A stretch of 20,000 nucleotides of DNA from an uncultured virus (IMG/VR IMGVR_UViG_3300005613_000039) (IMGVR_UViG_3300005613_000039); one strand, 5' to 3'. Shown: positions 1 through 8,197, numbered from the stretch's first letter. The notes: generated by a model not told the origin, from the letters alone. A program made the numbers and translations.

Positions 1-284
1 AATCTACTATGTTCGTAATATCCTCTTTTCACATCGATAAATTGATTTTCGATTAAAATTTGTTTAGCCTTACTCACACAGTTACGACTCATATGACTAT
101 CTTCTTCTAAATTTGAAAGACTTCTATAAAACCATCCATCTTTATTAGCATGTCTATTGGCTAATTTACATAAAATTGTATAAAGATGTTTCGCAGAAAT
201 AGGCATTTTTTTGAATTTAACATCTTCAAAAACTTCATGAGGACAAAAAAAGTTATTAATGGTTTGACGATTTTGTATTTTCAT
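1..284 (-). CDS. Winged-helix/HTH DNA-binding protein, possibly replication-initiator-like (runs off the window edge)
   Basis: Not in the ORF track. Manual translation from ATG at 284: MKIQNRQTINNFFCPHEVFEDVKFKKMPISAKHLYTILCKLANRHANKDGWFYRSLSNLEEDSHMSRNCVSKAKQILIENQFIDVKRG.... The pattern 'AKHLY..L....GWF..S...L......S...V.KA...L.E..FI' is typical of phage replication-protein wHTH domains. Starts 3 nt after the rtcB stop. Confidence 0.7.
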   Translation of the reverse strand, partial: MKIQNRQTINNFFCPHEVFEDVKFKKMPISAKHLYTILCKLANRHANKDGWFYRSLSNLEEDSHMSRNCVSKAKQILIENQFIDVKRGYYEHSR

Positions 285-287
285 ATA

Positions 288-1547
288 TTATCCTTTCACA
301 ACAGCTAATGGTTGTAGCTTAACTACGATATCAACTAAATCTTTCTGTTCTTTCATAACTACGTCAATATTTTTATAAGCACTTGAGGCTTCATCTAAAT
401 TTGATTTATGTCTAATCGCATGAAGAACTCCCATATCATCTAATTTTTTCTTTTCTTCTTCTAAATCTAATATCTCTCTTGCTTTTTTTCTACTCATTTT
501 TCTGCCCGCTCCATGAGAACAAGATTTAAAAGATTCTATATTACCCTTTCCTTTAACGATATAAGAAGCTGTGCCCTGAGAGCCTGGAATTATACCTATT
601 TGTCCTTCTTTTGCAGAGGTAGCTCCTTTTCTATGAACAACTACATTTTGACCAAAATGATTTTCTAATTGAGCAAAATTATGATGAATATTTATAAAAG
701 AGTTTCTTGTTTCTTGTAATCCTTGAAAGTCATTATCAAACCATCCTTGATTAATCATTATTTGAAGAATATTTTTCATCATTAATGTTCTACTTGCACG
801 AGCAAACTCTAAACAATATTGCATTTCTAATAAATACCTTTGCCCCTCACTACTATCTAAAGGTAAAAAAGCTAATCCATCTTGACCTTTATATTCAGGA
901 ATATTAGAATACCATTTTTTACATAATTCTTGAGCTAATTTATTATAATGTTTAGCAACTTTATATCCTAAATTTCTGCTTCCTGAATGAATCATTATCC
1001 AAATATATCCATCAGATCCTTTTTGAATTTCAATAAAATGATTTCCTCCGCCTAAAGTACCTAGCTGTTTTAATGCAGAGTTGTATTCTTGATGTACTAT
1101 AGGATATTTTTTTTCTAAAATTTCTAAATAATCGCATGTTCTATTTGTGGGACTACCAATATCAGGCATTAAAAATTCTTCTTGAGCTTTTTTATGATGA
1201 TTAAATCCAACAGGAACATTACTACGAATTCCTCCTTTATATTCTTTTGAACCATCTAATAATTTTTTAAGCATGTCAGCAGTAACATTTTCATATTTAA
1301 TCGAGGTCTTAACTGCACACATTCCACATCCAATATCGACACCAACTGCATTAGGAATAACAACTCCCTTAGTAGCTATAACTCCTCCAATAGGCATACC
1401 ATAGCCTTGATGAGTATCCGGCATTAAACATACTTGCTTAAAAATAAAAGGAAGTTTACTTAAATTTCTAGCCTGTTCTATAGCTCCTTCTTCTGGTTCA
1501 TTACACCAAGATTTAATAGGAACATTCTGTCCTTTGAATATTTTCAT
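288..1547 (-). CDS. rtcB: RtcB-family RNA ligase (3'-phosphate/2',3'-cyclic phosphate to 5'-OH)
   Basis: Signature motifs MPDTHQGYGMPIG, VGVDIGCGM, LGTLGGGNHFIE, HSGSR, HHN, HRKGAT, IPGSQG, SCSHGAGR, DEA..AYK, and C-terminal L.PLAVVKG. Confidence 0.97.
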   Translation of the reverse strand: MKIFKGQNVPIKSWCNEPEEGAIEQARNLSKLPFIFKQVCLMPDTHQGYGMPIGGVIATKGVVIPNAVGVDIGCGMCAVKTSIKYENVTADMLKKLLDGSKEYKGGIRSNVPVGFNHHKKAQEEFLMPDIGSPTNRTCDYLEILEKKYPIVHQEYNSALKQLGTLGGGNHFIEIQKGSDGYIWIMIHSGSRNLGYKVAKHYNKLAQELCKKWYSNIPEYKGQDGLAFLPLDSSEGQRYLLEMQYCLEFARASRTLMMKNILQIMINQGWFDNDFQGLQETRNSFINIHHNFAQLENHFGQNVVVHRKGATSAKEGQIGIIPGSQGTASYIVKGKGNIESFKSCSHGAGRKMSRKKAREILDLEEEKKKLDDMGVLHAIRHKSNLDEASSAYKNIDVVMKEQKDLVDIVVKLQPLAVVKG

Positions 1548-2362
1548 TATTTTTTCCCCTTTCTGAATTTGAACTTTTTAACTGCAACATCTATAATTTC
1601 TTTGGGCTCTAAAGTAAGATATTCTTCAGTCATTTTTATATCCCAATGTCCCATCATTTCTTTAACTCTTTTTAAATCAATACCTTGCGATAAACAATGA
1701 TGACAGAAACCATGTCTACACTGATAAGCATTTAAATGTCTTTTATATCCAAGCATTTCATTTATTTTTTGAAAAGTATATTTAATATAAATTTCTGAAA
1801 TATTGAACAATTTTTCACCTTGAGACGATTCGCATAATTTTTTGAGTTCTAATTGCAGTTGAGGTACAAGTAAAGTCATTCGATCTTCTTTATCTTTAGT
1901 ATTTCTTACAATTATCCAATTATTTTTAAAATCTAAATCTTGTTTTTTTAATTTAATAATTTCATCTGGTCTTAATCCACTACAAAACATTAATCTAACA
2001 ATCAATTTTCGTTGTTCTGAATCTTTTTCAAACAATAAGTCAAAATAAGGAAGTATTTCTTCCTCTAATTCTTTCAAAGTTAAAAATGCTTTTTTCTTTT
2101 TCTTTGTGATTTTTTTCTGTTTAGGAAATTCAATATCTAATTTTTTAAATCGAGTATAATGCTTTAGAGCAGTCATGTACCCATTAAATGTACTTGTTTT
2201 TAATTGATTGTCTACACAGCTTGCCAGAAAATCATTAACAGTTTCTTGATTGAATATGGCATATTTTTTAAAAAACATCTTCATTCTATACCAATATTGT
2301 ACTCTACTCTTATCAGAGTCAAGATTTAATTTTAAATAATTTTTAAATTCATCTAACTGCAT
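1547..2362 (-). CDS. Tyrosine recombinase/integrase, XerC/D-like (SAM-like core-binding plus catalytic domain)
   Basis: Catalytic R in SGLRPDE, K in NTKDK, YQCRH (variant of HxxRH), MMGH, and nucleophile Y in MTEEY. 271 aa with no obvious arm-binding domain. TAATG coupling to rtcB. Confidence 0.92.
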   Translation of the reverse strand: MQLDEFKNYLKLNLDSDKSRVQYWYRMKMFFKKYAIFNQETVNDFLASCVDNQLKTSTFNGYMTALKHYTRFKKLDIEFPKQKKITKKKKKAFLTLKELEEEILPYFDLLFEKDSEQRKLIVRLMFCSGLRPDEIIKLKKQDLDFKNNWIIVRNTKDKEDRMTLLVPQLQLELKKLCESSQGEKLFNISEIYIKYTFQKINEMLGYKRHLNAYQCRHGFCHHCLSQGIDLKRVKEMMGHWDIKMTEEYLTLEPKEIIDVAVKKFKFRKGKK

Positions 2363-2573
2363 TGTCGTTACCCTTTTTGTTATTAAAGTCTTGCGATACT
2401 TCTTCTAATACTAGCATTAATTCGAAAGGATCAATCATATTTTCATATTCTCGAATCGTGAATTGATTTCGATTTTTCATTCTCTTTAATGCCTCTTGTA
2501 AATAAAGAGATTTCTTACTGAATTTTTTATTTGGAGTGATTTCAAAATCCCATATTCTTTGTAACTTACTCAT
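2349..2573 (-). CDS. Hypothetical protein (74 aa)
   Basis: Overlaps both neighbours in an operon-like way; AGGAG upstream. Confidence 0.7.
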   Translation of the reverse strand: MSKLQRIWDFEITPNKKFSKKSLYLQEALKRMKNRNQFTIREYENMIDPFELMLVLEEVSQDFNNKKGNDNAVR

Positions 2574-2832
2574 TTATTTTCTCCTGTTGTTTTTTAATAA
2601 AATGATATATTACTTTAACGCCATTAGAATAACATTCTTCTCTTTCATCGGCTCTATTATCACACGTATTTATATCAAAAAGAGTACACCAAAGCTTTTC
2701 AAGTTCATCAAAAGTCTTATCGCTCACTAAATTATCAGCTTTTACATAATAAGCGTAGCACAAAACACTTAACACATAATTTAATGCTTGTTTAAATCCC
2801 ATTTCTGTACCATAAAATGTTTTTTTAGGCAT
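2566..2832 (-). CDS. Small protein resembling the isolated N-terminal Ia subdomain of NAD+-dependent DNA ligase
   Basis: YAYYVKADNLVSDKTFDELEK matches the LigA Ia motif YY..D.P.(I/V)SD.EYD.L. No adenylation domain follows. Confidence 0.65.
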   Translation of the reverse strand: MPKKTFYGTEMGFKQALNYVLSVLCYAYYVKADNLVSDKTFDELEKLWCTLFDINTCDNRADEREECYSNGVKVIYHFIKKQQEKINE

Positions 2833-3853
2833 TGTTTAAGTCCTTTAATAATTTTTGTCCCTTTTCGGTTATCTTTCTTTTATTACTAATCGTTATTAAT
2901 TCTTGATTAATAAGAAAAGGCTCCACTTCAAACTCATACGTTTTCGATTCTATTCTTAAATATTTTGCCAGAGAACTTTTACTGGCTCCTCCAGATTGAT
3001 TAATATAATTTAACAATTTGATATCTCTTTTTGTTAAGCTATTATATACAAGATTGTTATTATCTTTAACTCTATTCCAATCTCTGATATAAATATACTC
3101 TCTCAATAAACTTAATCCTATTCTGGGAGTGCCTCTACAATTTTTGGCAATTTTTAAAAAGATATCGTTATTAATATTTTCATTTTCATATTGTTTTACT
3201 AAGAATTGTTGAAAAATTCTGATTAATTCATTATATTTATAATTGTCCAATTCGATTTGTAAAGGAAATCTTTGAACTAATGCTGATAAATTTTCTGATA
3301 AATTACCTTTATGAGTAGTCGCAAAAAACATACTGAAAGGTTTGATTTTCTTTCCAGCTATCTTATATTCTTCTAAAATTGGAAGCAGAAATGTGCCTAT
3401 TTTGTTTGTAATTCTATGAGCTTCATCTAAAAATAGAATTCCACTTTCACATTCAACTATTTTATCAACTAATTGCTGTTCACTCTTAATCTCTCCCGCA
3501 GTACAAGTTACAAATTTTTTATCTAACATGTTGGCTAGAATATTAGCAAACACCGTTTTTCCACAGCCGGCCGGAGCAGATAAGAATGTATTAGGGAAAT
3601 GATCTTTATATTTTTGACATCCTTCGATATAACATAATGCTCGTTTTTTTGCTTTTTCTTGTCCAATATATTGCTCGAATGATGTAGGTCTAAACGCAGT
3701 ATTCCCTTCTCCTTCACTTATATTAGAAGTGTCTAATGCCTCTGGCTTAATAGTAACTTCTAATGGAGAATTTTTTTCTTTTTCTTCATTATAAGGCACA
3801 CTATTTTCTTCAAGGTCATGACTAAAAGATTTAACAAATTCAAATAAGCTCAT
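2825..3853 (-). CDS. ruvB: RuvB-like AAA+ ATPase
   Basis: FRPTSFEQYIGQ, Walker A APAGCGKT, Walker B ILFLDEAHR, sensor-1 FATT, Arg finger ALVQRF, sensor-2 RGTPRI, and a C-terminal wHTH with EVEPFLI...R.IT.KG. Confidence 0.88.
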   Translation of the reverse strand: MSLFEFVKSFSHDLEENSVPYNEEKEKNSPLEVTIKPEALDTSNISEGEGNTAFRPTSFEQYIGQEKAKKRALCYIEGCQKYKDHFPNTFLSAPAGCGKTVFANILANMLDKKFVTCTAGEIKSEQQLVDKIVECESGILFLDEAHRITNKIGTFLLPILEEYKIAGKKIKPFSMFFATTHKGNLSENLSALVQRFPLQIELDNYKYNELIRIFQQFLVKQYENENINNDIFLKIAKNCRGTPRIGLSLLREYIYIRDWNRVKDNNNLVYNSLTKRDIKLLNYINQSGGASKSSLAKYLRIESKTYEFEVEPFLINQELITISNKRKITEKGQKLLKDLNNA

Positions 3854-4443
3854 AAGTTATCCTTTACTTTTTCCCAACTTTCAATTTCGCCTTCAATTAT
3901 TTCAAACAATGGATGCGGTTCAACTTTTAATGTAAATGAACAAGATTCTATAACATTTTCAACATATTTTTCATAGTCTCTTTTATGTAATTTCTTTTGT
4001 AAATGTTTAAATTCATAATTTAATTGTTCTTTAGTTACAGTCAAAGAACTAAACAATTGTGGAATTTCATATTTAATTAGTTTATTTATATCAAATTTAT
4101 ACCCACGTCTATCTGCTTCTTGCCAAATATAATTTAAATATGCATTTATATATAATACTGAATCAGAACTTTTTTTAAATCTTTCTAATTGAGGATGATT
4201 ATAATAAGGTGTTTTTATTTTTCCTGTTTCTTTACACTTCGTACACCAAAATTCCTTTATATATCCTTTTCCTGTTTGTAAATTCGTGCATTTTACTTCG
4301 CCCATGAGAGGACTTCCTTTACAATTTGAACATTTAGTATATTCCCCTTTTAATAAGACACTTTGGGCTAATAAGCTTTCACGCCATACTGCTAAAAGTC
4401 CCATTCTGTCCAGATAGCGGGGCGATAAACTCCACAACCTCAT
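3850..4443 (-). CDS. Pyrimidine-dimer DNA glycosylase/endonuclease V-like protein with an inserted Cys-rich segment
   Basis: MRLWSL.P.YLD..GL.A.WRE.LLAQ.VL, YYNHPQLERF, EADRRGYKFD, QLNYEFKHL..KL..RD, PHPLF.II.G.IESWEK. Confidence 0.88.
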   Translation of the reverse strand: MRLWSLSPRYLDRMGLLAVWRESLLAQSVLLKGEYTKCSNCKGSPLMGEVKCTNLQTGKGYIKEFWCTKCKETGKIKTPYYNHPQLERFKKSSDSVLYINAYLNYIWQEADRRGYKFDINKLIKYEIPQLFSSLTVTKEQLNYEFKHLQKKLHKRDYEKYVENVIESCSFTLKVEPHPLFEIIEGEIESWEKVKDNL

Positions 4444-4486
4444 AATCTGATCTCCTTTATCTTATAGAAATATTTTTTACAAAAGT

Positions 4487-4687
4487 CTAAATAATATTTT
4501 GAGTATGGAAAGCAAACAGCTTTACAAGTGATAATTCTCTTGGCTTTGTTATGAAAATATTTAACCTTAATTTCTTTTCTTGTTGTTTTCTTTGTAAAGA
4601 GAATTTTTCTACAAAATTAATTATTTTTCTGTGTATAGCAATCACATTTTTGGGATTAATCCACGCTTTTTTAGATAGTCTTATCAT
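4487..4687 (-). CDS. Hypothetical basic protein (66 aa)
   Basis: Fills the gap between co-oriented genes; no recognisable motif. Confidence 0.5.
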   Translation of the reverse strand: MIRLSKKAWINPKNVIAIHRKIINFVEKFSLQRKQQEKKLRLNIFITKPRELSLVKLFAFHTQNII

Positions 4688-4696
4688 GATATCTTC

Positions 4697-5023
4697 TTAG
4701 TCGGCTACATTTCTTTTTTCCATTGTTAAATAATCATATTCTTTTGCTTTATCTATTTCCCATATAGAAGGATTTAATTCTATTGTATCATGTCTATTTT
4801 GTAGCTTACAGTATATTTTAACAGGAATTTCATTTTTTAAATAAAATATACCATCTTTTTCATAAATTTCTACACCTTTTTTTGCTTCTAAACAATGATG
4901 ATTTCCTGTTGTTTCGGAATCAGCTAAAATAATTTCACCTTTAGTATTAATTTTTTTAGCGTTTTTTGGAATTTGATCTGTTTCAAAAATTGTTACTTCT
5001 CCATGTGAATAATGTTTTTTCAT
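4697..5023 (-). CDS. Conserved phage hypothetical protein with His motifs (HGEV...LADSETTGNHH...RHDTI), partner of the DUF6745-like gene
   Basis: Resembles, from recall, the 'QGDV...LA.GE.TGH.H...H..I.L..G.W....Q.EYD...R.V.D' family that sits next to DUF6745 genes. Strong SD (AAAGGAG). Confidence 0.75.
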   Translation of the reverse strand: MKKHYSHGEVTIFETDQIPKNAKKINTKGEIILADSETTGNHHCLEAKKGVEIYEKDGIFYLKNEIPVKIYCKLQNRHDTIELNPSIWEIDKAKEYDYLTMEKRNVAD

Positions 5024-5037
5024 TTTTTTCTCCTTTA

Positions 5038-6309
5038 TTATTTTATGGTTTCAATATTAAAATTTTCTAGTTGTCTATTATTCCATCTAAATTTTAAAGC
5101 ATCTTTAATAGTTTTACATGATGGGTCAACTCCTTCCAAGTGAAAAGTTTCTGTTGTTAAATTTTTCATTTTTAAAAATGGAGCATAATTAATTGAAGAA
5201 AATAATTTGCTCATATCAATTAAAGTATATTGACTTTTTTGCCACCATTCTTCATTAGGATATTTTTTATAAGAATCAATTGTTTTTCCAAAAGATTCCA
5301 TCCTATCTATACCATATTTTCTAACAAATTCTGCTTTAATATCTGCATTTTTTTCTTTCTTAAAAAATTCTATATCTAAATTTGATTCTGGAGTTATTGC
5401 TAAATATTTAGAAACATTAACTCCATTTAACATATATAATCCATATCCATCTGAATATTTTAAAGCCATATCTCCATTTTTATGCAATTGTTTATTCTCA
5501 TTTATGTGAATTTCACATGGTTTTTCGCATATAAAAATTATGTTTTCAAAAGTATAACACCATCCACATGAACAGGCCAAATCATGCCAGATATTAAAGA
5601 TTTCAAAATTTTTATCGTAAGGCAATAATCCGTATTTTTCATAATATTTATAATATCCGATCCAAGATATATCATGTTGACACCATGAATATGTTGATAT
5701 ACATTCAAAATTTAATTTCCTGATGTTGCTCCCGATGTTTCTCCAGATGTTGCTCCCGATGTTTCTCCAGATGTCGCTCCCGATGTTTCTCCAGATGTTG
5801 CTCACGATGTTGTTCACGATGTTTCTCCCAATGTTTCTCCCGATGTTGTTCACGATGTTTCTCCCAATGTTTCTCCCGATGTTGTTCACGATGTTGCTCT
5901 CGATGTTGCTCCCAATGTTTCTCCCGATGTTGTTCCCGATGTTGTTCCTGATGTTTTTCCAGATGTTGCTCTCGATGTTGCTCTCAATGTTTCTCCCGAT
6001 GTTGTTCACGATGTTGCTCTCAATGTTTTTCTCGATGTTGTTCCCGATGTTGTTCCTGATGTTTTCCCCTTTAGTTTGCTTAATAATTTTTTCAATTTCT
6101 GGAAATATATTAATTATTATTTGTGCTTGTAAAGGGCTTTGACAATACCAAAAAGTAGGTTTTTTATATCCCAAAATTTTATAAAATTTAGTCCAAGAGT
6201 TTTCAACAACTTCTTTATTAATAGAAGAAGTATCATATCCAATTTCTAAACAATGATTTCGCCAATCAATTATACCTTTTTCTTGTTCTTTAGTTAATTT
6301 TGTTATCAT
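5038..6309 (-). CDS. DUF6745-like protein with an internal NIxx tetrapeptide repeat tract
   Basis: N-terminal ITKLT.EQE...W.....C.SP; QHDISW.GYY; SCGW.YTFENI.FICEKP..IH..E..QLH..G..AL.YSDGY.LY.LNGV; EKNADIK...VRKYG; C-terminal KM.N.T...FHLEGV.P.CKT..DAL.FR. Confidence 0.8.
   Translation of the reverse strand: MITKLTKEQEKGIIDWRNHCLEIGYDTSSINKEVVENSWTKFYKILGYKKPTFWYCQSPLQAQIIINIFPEIEKIIKQTKGENIRNNIGNNIEKNIESNIVNNIGRNIESNIESNIWKNIRNNIGNNIGRNIGSNIESNIVNNIGRNIGRNIVNNIGRNIGRNIVNNIVSNIWRNIGSDIWRNIGSNIWRNIGSNIRKLNFECISTYSWCQHDISWIGYYKYYEKYGLLPYDKNFEIFNIWHDLACSCGWCYTFENIIFICEKPCEIHINENKQLHKNGDMALKYSDGYGLYMLNGVNVSKYLAITPESNLDIEFFKKEKNADIKAEFVRKYGIDRMESFGKTIDSYKKYPNEEWWQKSQYTLIDMSKLFSSINYAPFLKMKNLTTETFHLEGVDPSCKTIKDALKFRWNNRQLENFNIETIK
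5716..6063 (-). repeat. Coding tandem repeat: 29 x 12 nt (AAC ATC NNN NNN; NIGR/NIGS/NIVN/NIES/NIWR)
   Basis: The plus strand shows recurring gatgtt(g/t)ctccc-like units; 29 units counted from the translation. More GC-rich than the flanks. Confidence 0.97.
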
Positions 6310-6318
6310 ATTTTCCCC

Positions 6319-6753
6319 TTATTTATAGAATGTATGTTGTTTATATTGTAATATTTTAACACTGTGCCATTTTCTCACTCTTTCATTCGGTCTTAAATAA
6401 TATATTGCATTATTGGTAAAATCTTCTAACGTATCATTATAAATTTTATTTGTTATCATATTGGCCGTATTTTCACAATCTTTATATATTTGATTTTTAT
6501 GGGGGTTTGTATATCCAAAATATTGATTTTTTTGTGTCACTATTTCATAAGGAGTTTTTTTCCAAAGTTTTGATCTATTTAAAATAGTATTTCCAACTAA
6601 CCACATTCCTAATTTACCCTCAGAACAAGCTTCTGCTGATATTACTTTGGCAACTTCTCTTTTCTTTATAGTTTCTTGATTGTTACTGAAAATAAATAAA
6701 CCAAATAAAATCAATACAAATATACAGAAATAGATATCCATTTTTTTATTCAT
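6319..6753 (-). CDS. SleB/CwlJ-like cell wall hydrolase (Hydrolase_2) with an N-terminal membrane anchor
   Basis: Hydrophobic N-terminus; A.VI.AEA.SEG..GM..VGN.ILNR, IVTQ.NQY, D.TN.A.YY, W......Y..HTFYK. Confidence 0.85.
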   Translation of the reverse strand: MNKKMDIYFCIFVLILFGLFIFSNNQETIKKREVAKVISAEACSEGKLGMWLVGNTILNRSKLWKKTPYEIVTQKNQYFGYTNPHKNQIYKDCENTANMITNKIYNDTLEDFTNNAIYYLRPNERVRKWHSVKILQYKQHTFYK

Positions 6754-6777
6754 ATTTTGACCTCTGATTGGACCTTT

Positions 6778-6948
6778 TTAATTTTCCTTTAATTTTTCTT
6801 TTAATTTATTTAATGCCAAATAATACATATGACGTTCTCTAAATCTAGTAAAAGCGCATTTGATTGTTTCTATATCTCTATATACTTGTTCTTCTCCATA
6901 TTCTATTAACTCAATCATCAATCTATCAATCTCTTTAAATCTTCCCAT
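6778..6948 (-). CDS. Hypothetical protein (56 aa, MGRFKEIDRL...)
   Basis: Manual translation; TAATG coupling to the upstream ORF with a GGGG SD. Confidence 0.65.
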   Translation of the reverse strand: MGRFKEIDRLMIELIEYGEEQVYRDIETIKCAFTRFRERHMYYLALNKLKEKLKEN

Positions 6949-7127
6949 TATAATTGCCCCCTGTTATATTCATCTAATATTTCATTAATTTCATCTTTAA
7001 TATCGATCATATGTTTATTTAAAAAATCTTTAGTTTTTAAATTAAAGGTATTTTCCTTTTGATTTTTCAAGCTTTCTAATCGTATTGCAAGTCTTTTAAA
7101 TTTTTCTTTATAATTAGTCATTAGCAT
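6948..7127 (-). CDS. Hypothetical protein (59 aa, MLMTNYKEKF...)
   Basis: Manual translation; AAAGGA SD upstream. Confidence 0.6.
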   Translation of the reverse strand: MLMTNYKEKFKRLAIRLESLKNQKENTFNLKTKDFLNKHMIDIKDEINEILDEYNRGQL

Positions 7128-7190
7128 AATATTTCCTTTACTATGAGGACAGGCACATATTTAACCTGCCCTTTTTGTTTTGAAGGAGGA

Positions 7191-8156
7191 TTATCTTATT
7201 AAATTTACGGCCTCTTGATAAGCTTTTTCTTTTAATTTGGCACCAGAGCCAAACCATATTGACGAAAGCTTATTTGTTTTATCTTTGTCCAGATTTTTTA
7301 TTGTTCTTTTGTGATCAGTATATTCCGTTACAGCGTTATAAGCTTTCCAAAGTGAATGTCTGTTTCCTAATTTTTGCCCTTTGCCTCGTTCGAATAAACA
7401 TAATAAATCATGTTTTTGATTTTGTTTTCTTGTTGATATTTCTTCATTATCATTAATTGATAATACATTATCAAAATACTTATTTAACGATTCTCTTTGC
7501 ATAGCAAAGTCTTCAAATTGCTTTATAATCTGCTCAAATTGATTATAGTAGTTAATAGAAATATTTAATACTTCTCTAGCTTGATCAACTTTGGATTTTA
7601 TGTTTCCAGTATGTCTTATTGAAATACCATTTTTAGCGTCGCTCATTGACATATTTAAGGTATTTTGACATACCACCCTAACTGGCGTAAAATACATCCT
7701 TAGACTTGATTTTCCGTCATGTGAATTAGTTAAACATAAATATTTTTCCACTACATCATCACTATTAATAATAATATCATTAGGAAGTTTAGCAAGAATC
7801 CATATTCTTTCACCCTTACCTAATGCACCCGCACTATGATATATTGCTTGCCCTTCTCCTACTACTGTATCAAAAAACGAAAAAGCTTCCGTATTCTGTA
7901 CTATTTTATATTTTTCTGTTGTTACACCTAAAATTTCTCTCGTATCTTCTCTTATAATGGCTCTTTGCGTCGGCACTTTGATTAATTCTGATAGTCTTTC
8001 TCCTGCAAATAAATCTGTCATATTAACATTATAATCTAATCTTGCCAATTTGATTGCCTCTTTAGCAGTCTGTTCCGTTTCTACTACTGTTCCTAATCCA
8101 TGCCAAGATCGCCCGACGGTGAATACTCTTGAATTTTCATTGATGTTATGTCCCAT
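7191..8156 (-). CDS. DUF932 / phage-plasmid-like protein (TIGR03299-like)
   Basis: WHGLG, A.LDY.V, Y..VQN.EAF.FFD, AG.L..G..IW.LAKLP, L.NSHDG.SS, TP.RVVCQNTL, RHTG, W.AYNAVTEY.DH, WFG.G..LK.KA. Confidence 0.92.
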   Translation of the reverse strand: MGHNINENSRVFTVGRSWHGLGTVVETEQTAKEAIKLARLDYNVNMTDLFAGERLSELIKVPTQRAIIREDTREILGVTTEKYKIVQNTEAFSFFDTVVGEGQAIYHSAGALGKGERIWILAKLPNDIIINSDDVVEKYLCLTNSHDGKSSLRMYFTPVRVVCQNTLNMSMSDAKNGISIRHTGNIKSKVDQAREVLNISINYYNQFEQIIKQFEDFAMQRESLNKYFDNVLSINDNEEISTRKQNQKHDLLCLFERGKGQKLGNRHSLWKAYNAVTEYTDHKRTIKNLDKDKTNKLSSIWFGSGAKLKEKAYQEAVNLIR

Positions 8157-8197
8157 TTTCCCCTCCTATTGTTTTTTTGTTTTCGCTTTCTTAATCA

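Noticed and set aside
4457..4489. TAG read-through or alternative genetic code (frame stays open about 9 codons after TAG)
   Set aside because: Long genes are intact under code 11 and TAG looks like a normal stop at 15680.
5716..6063. Repeat tract as a CRISPR array or DGR template (AAC-rich)
   Set aside because: No spacers, in-frame coding, no second TR/VR copy, and no reverse transcriptase or cas gene in the window.
5723..6142. 139-aa plus-strand ORF MLLPMFLQ...
   Set aside because: Antisense shadow of the stop-free 12-nt repeat in the DUF6745-like gene.
7147..7180. Hairpin GGACAGG/CCTGCCC as the terminator of the DUF932 gene
   Set aside because: The stem pairs best on the minus strand but the T-tract is on the plus strand, so orientation is ambiguous.
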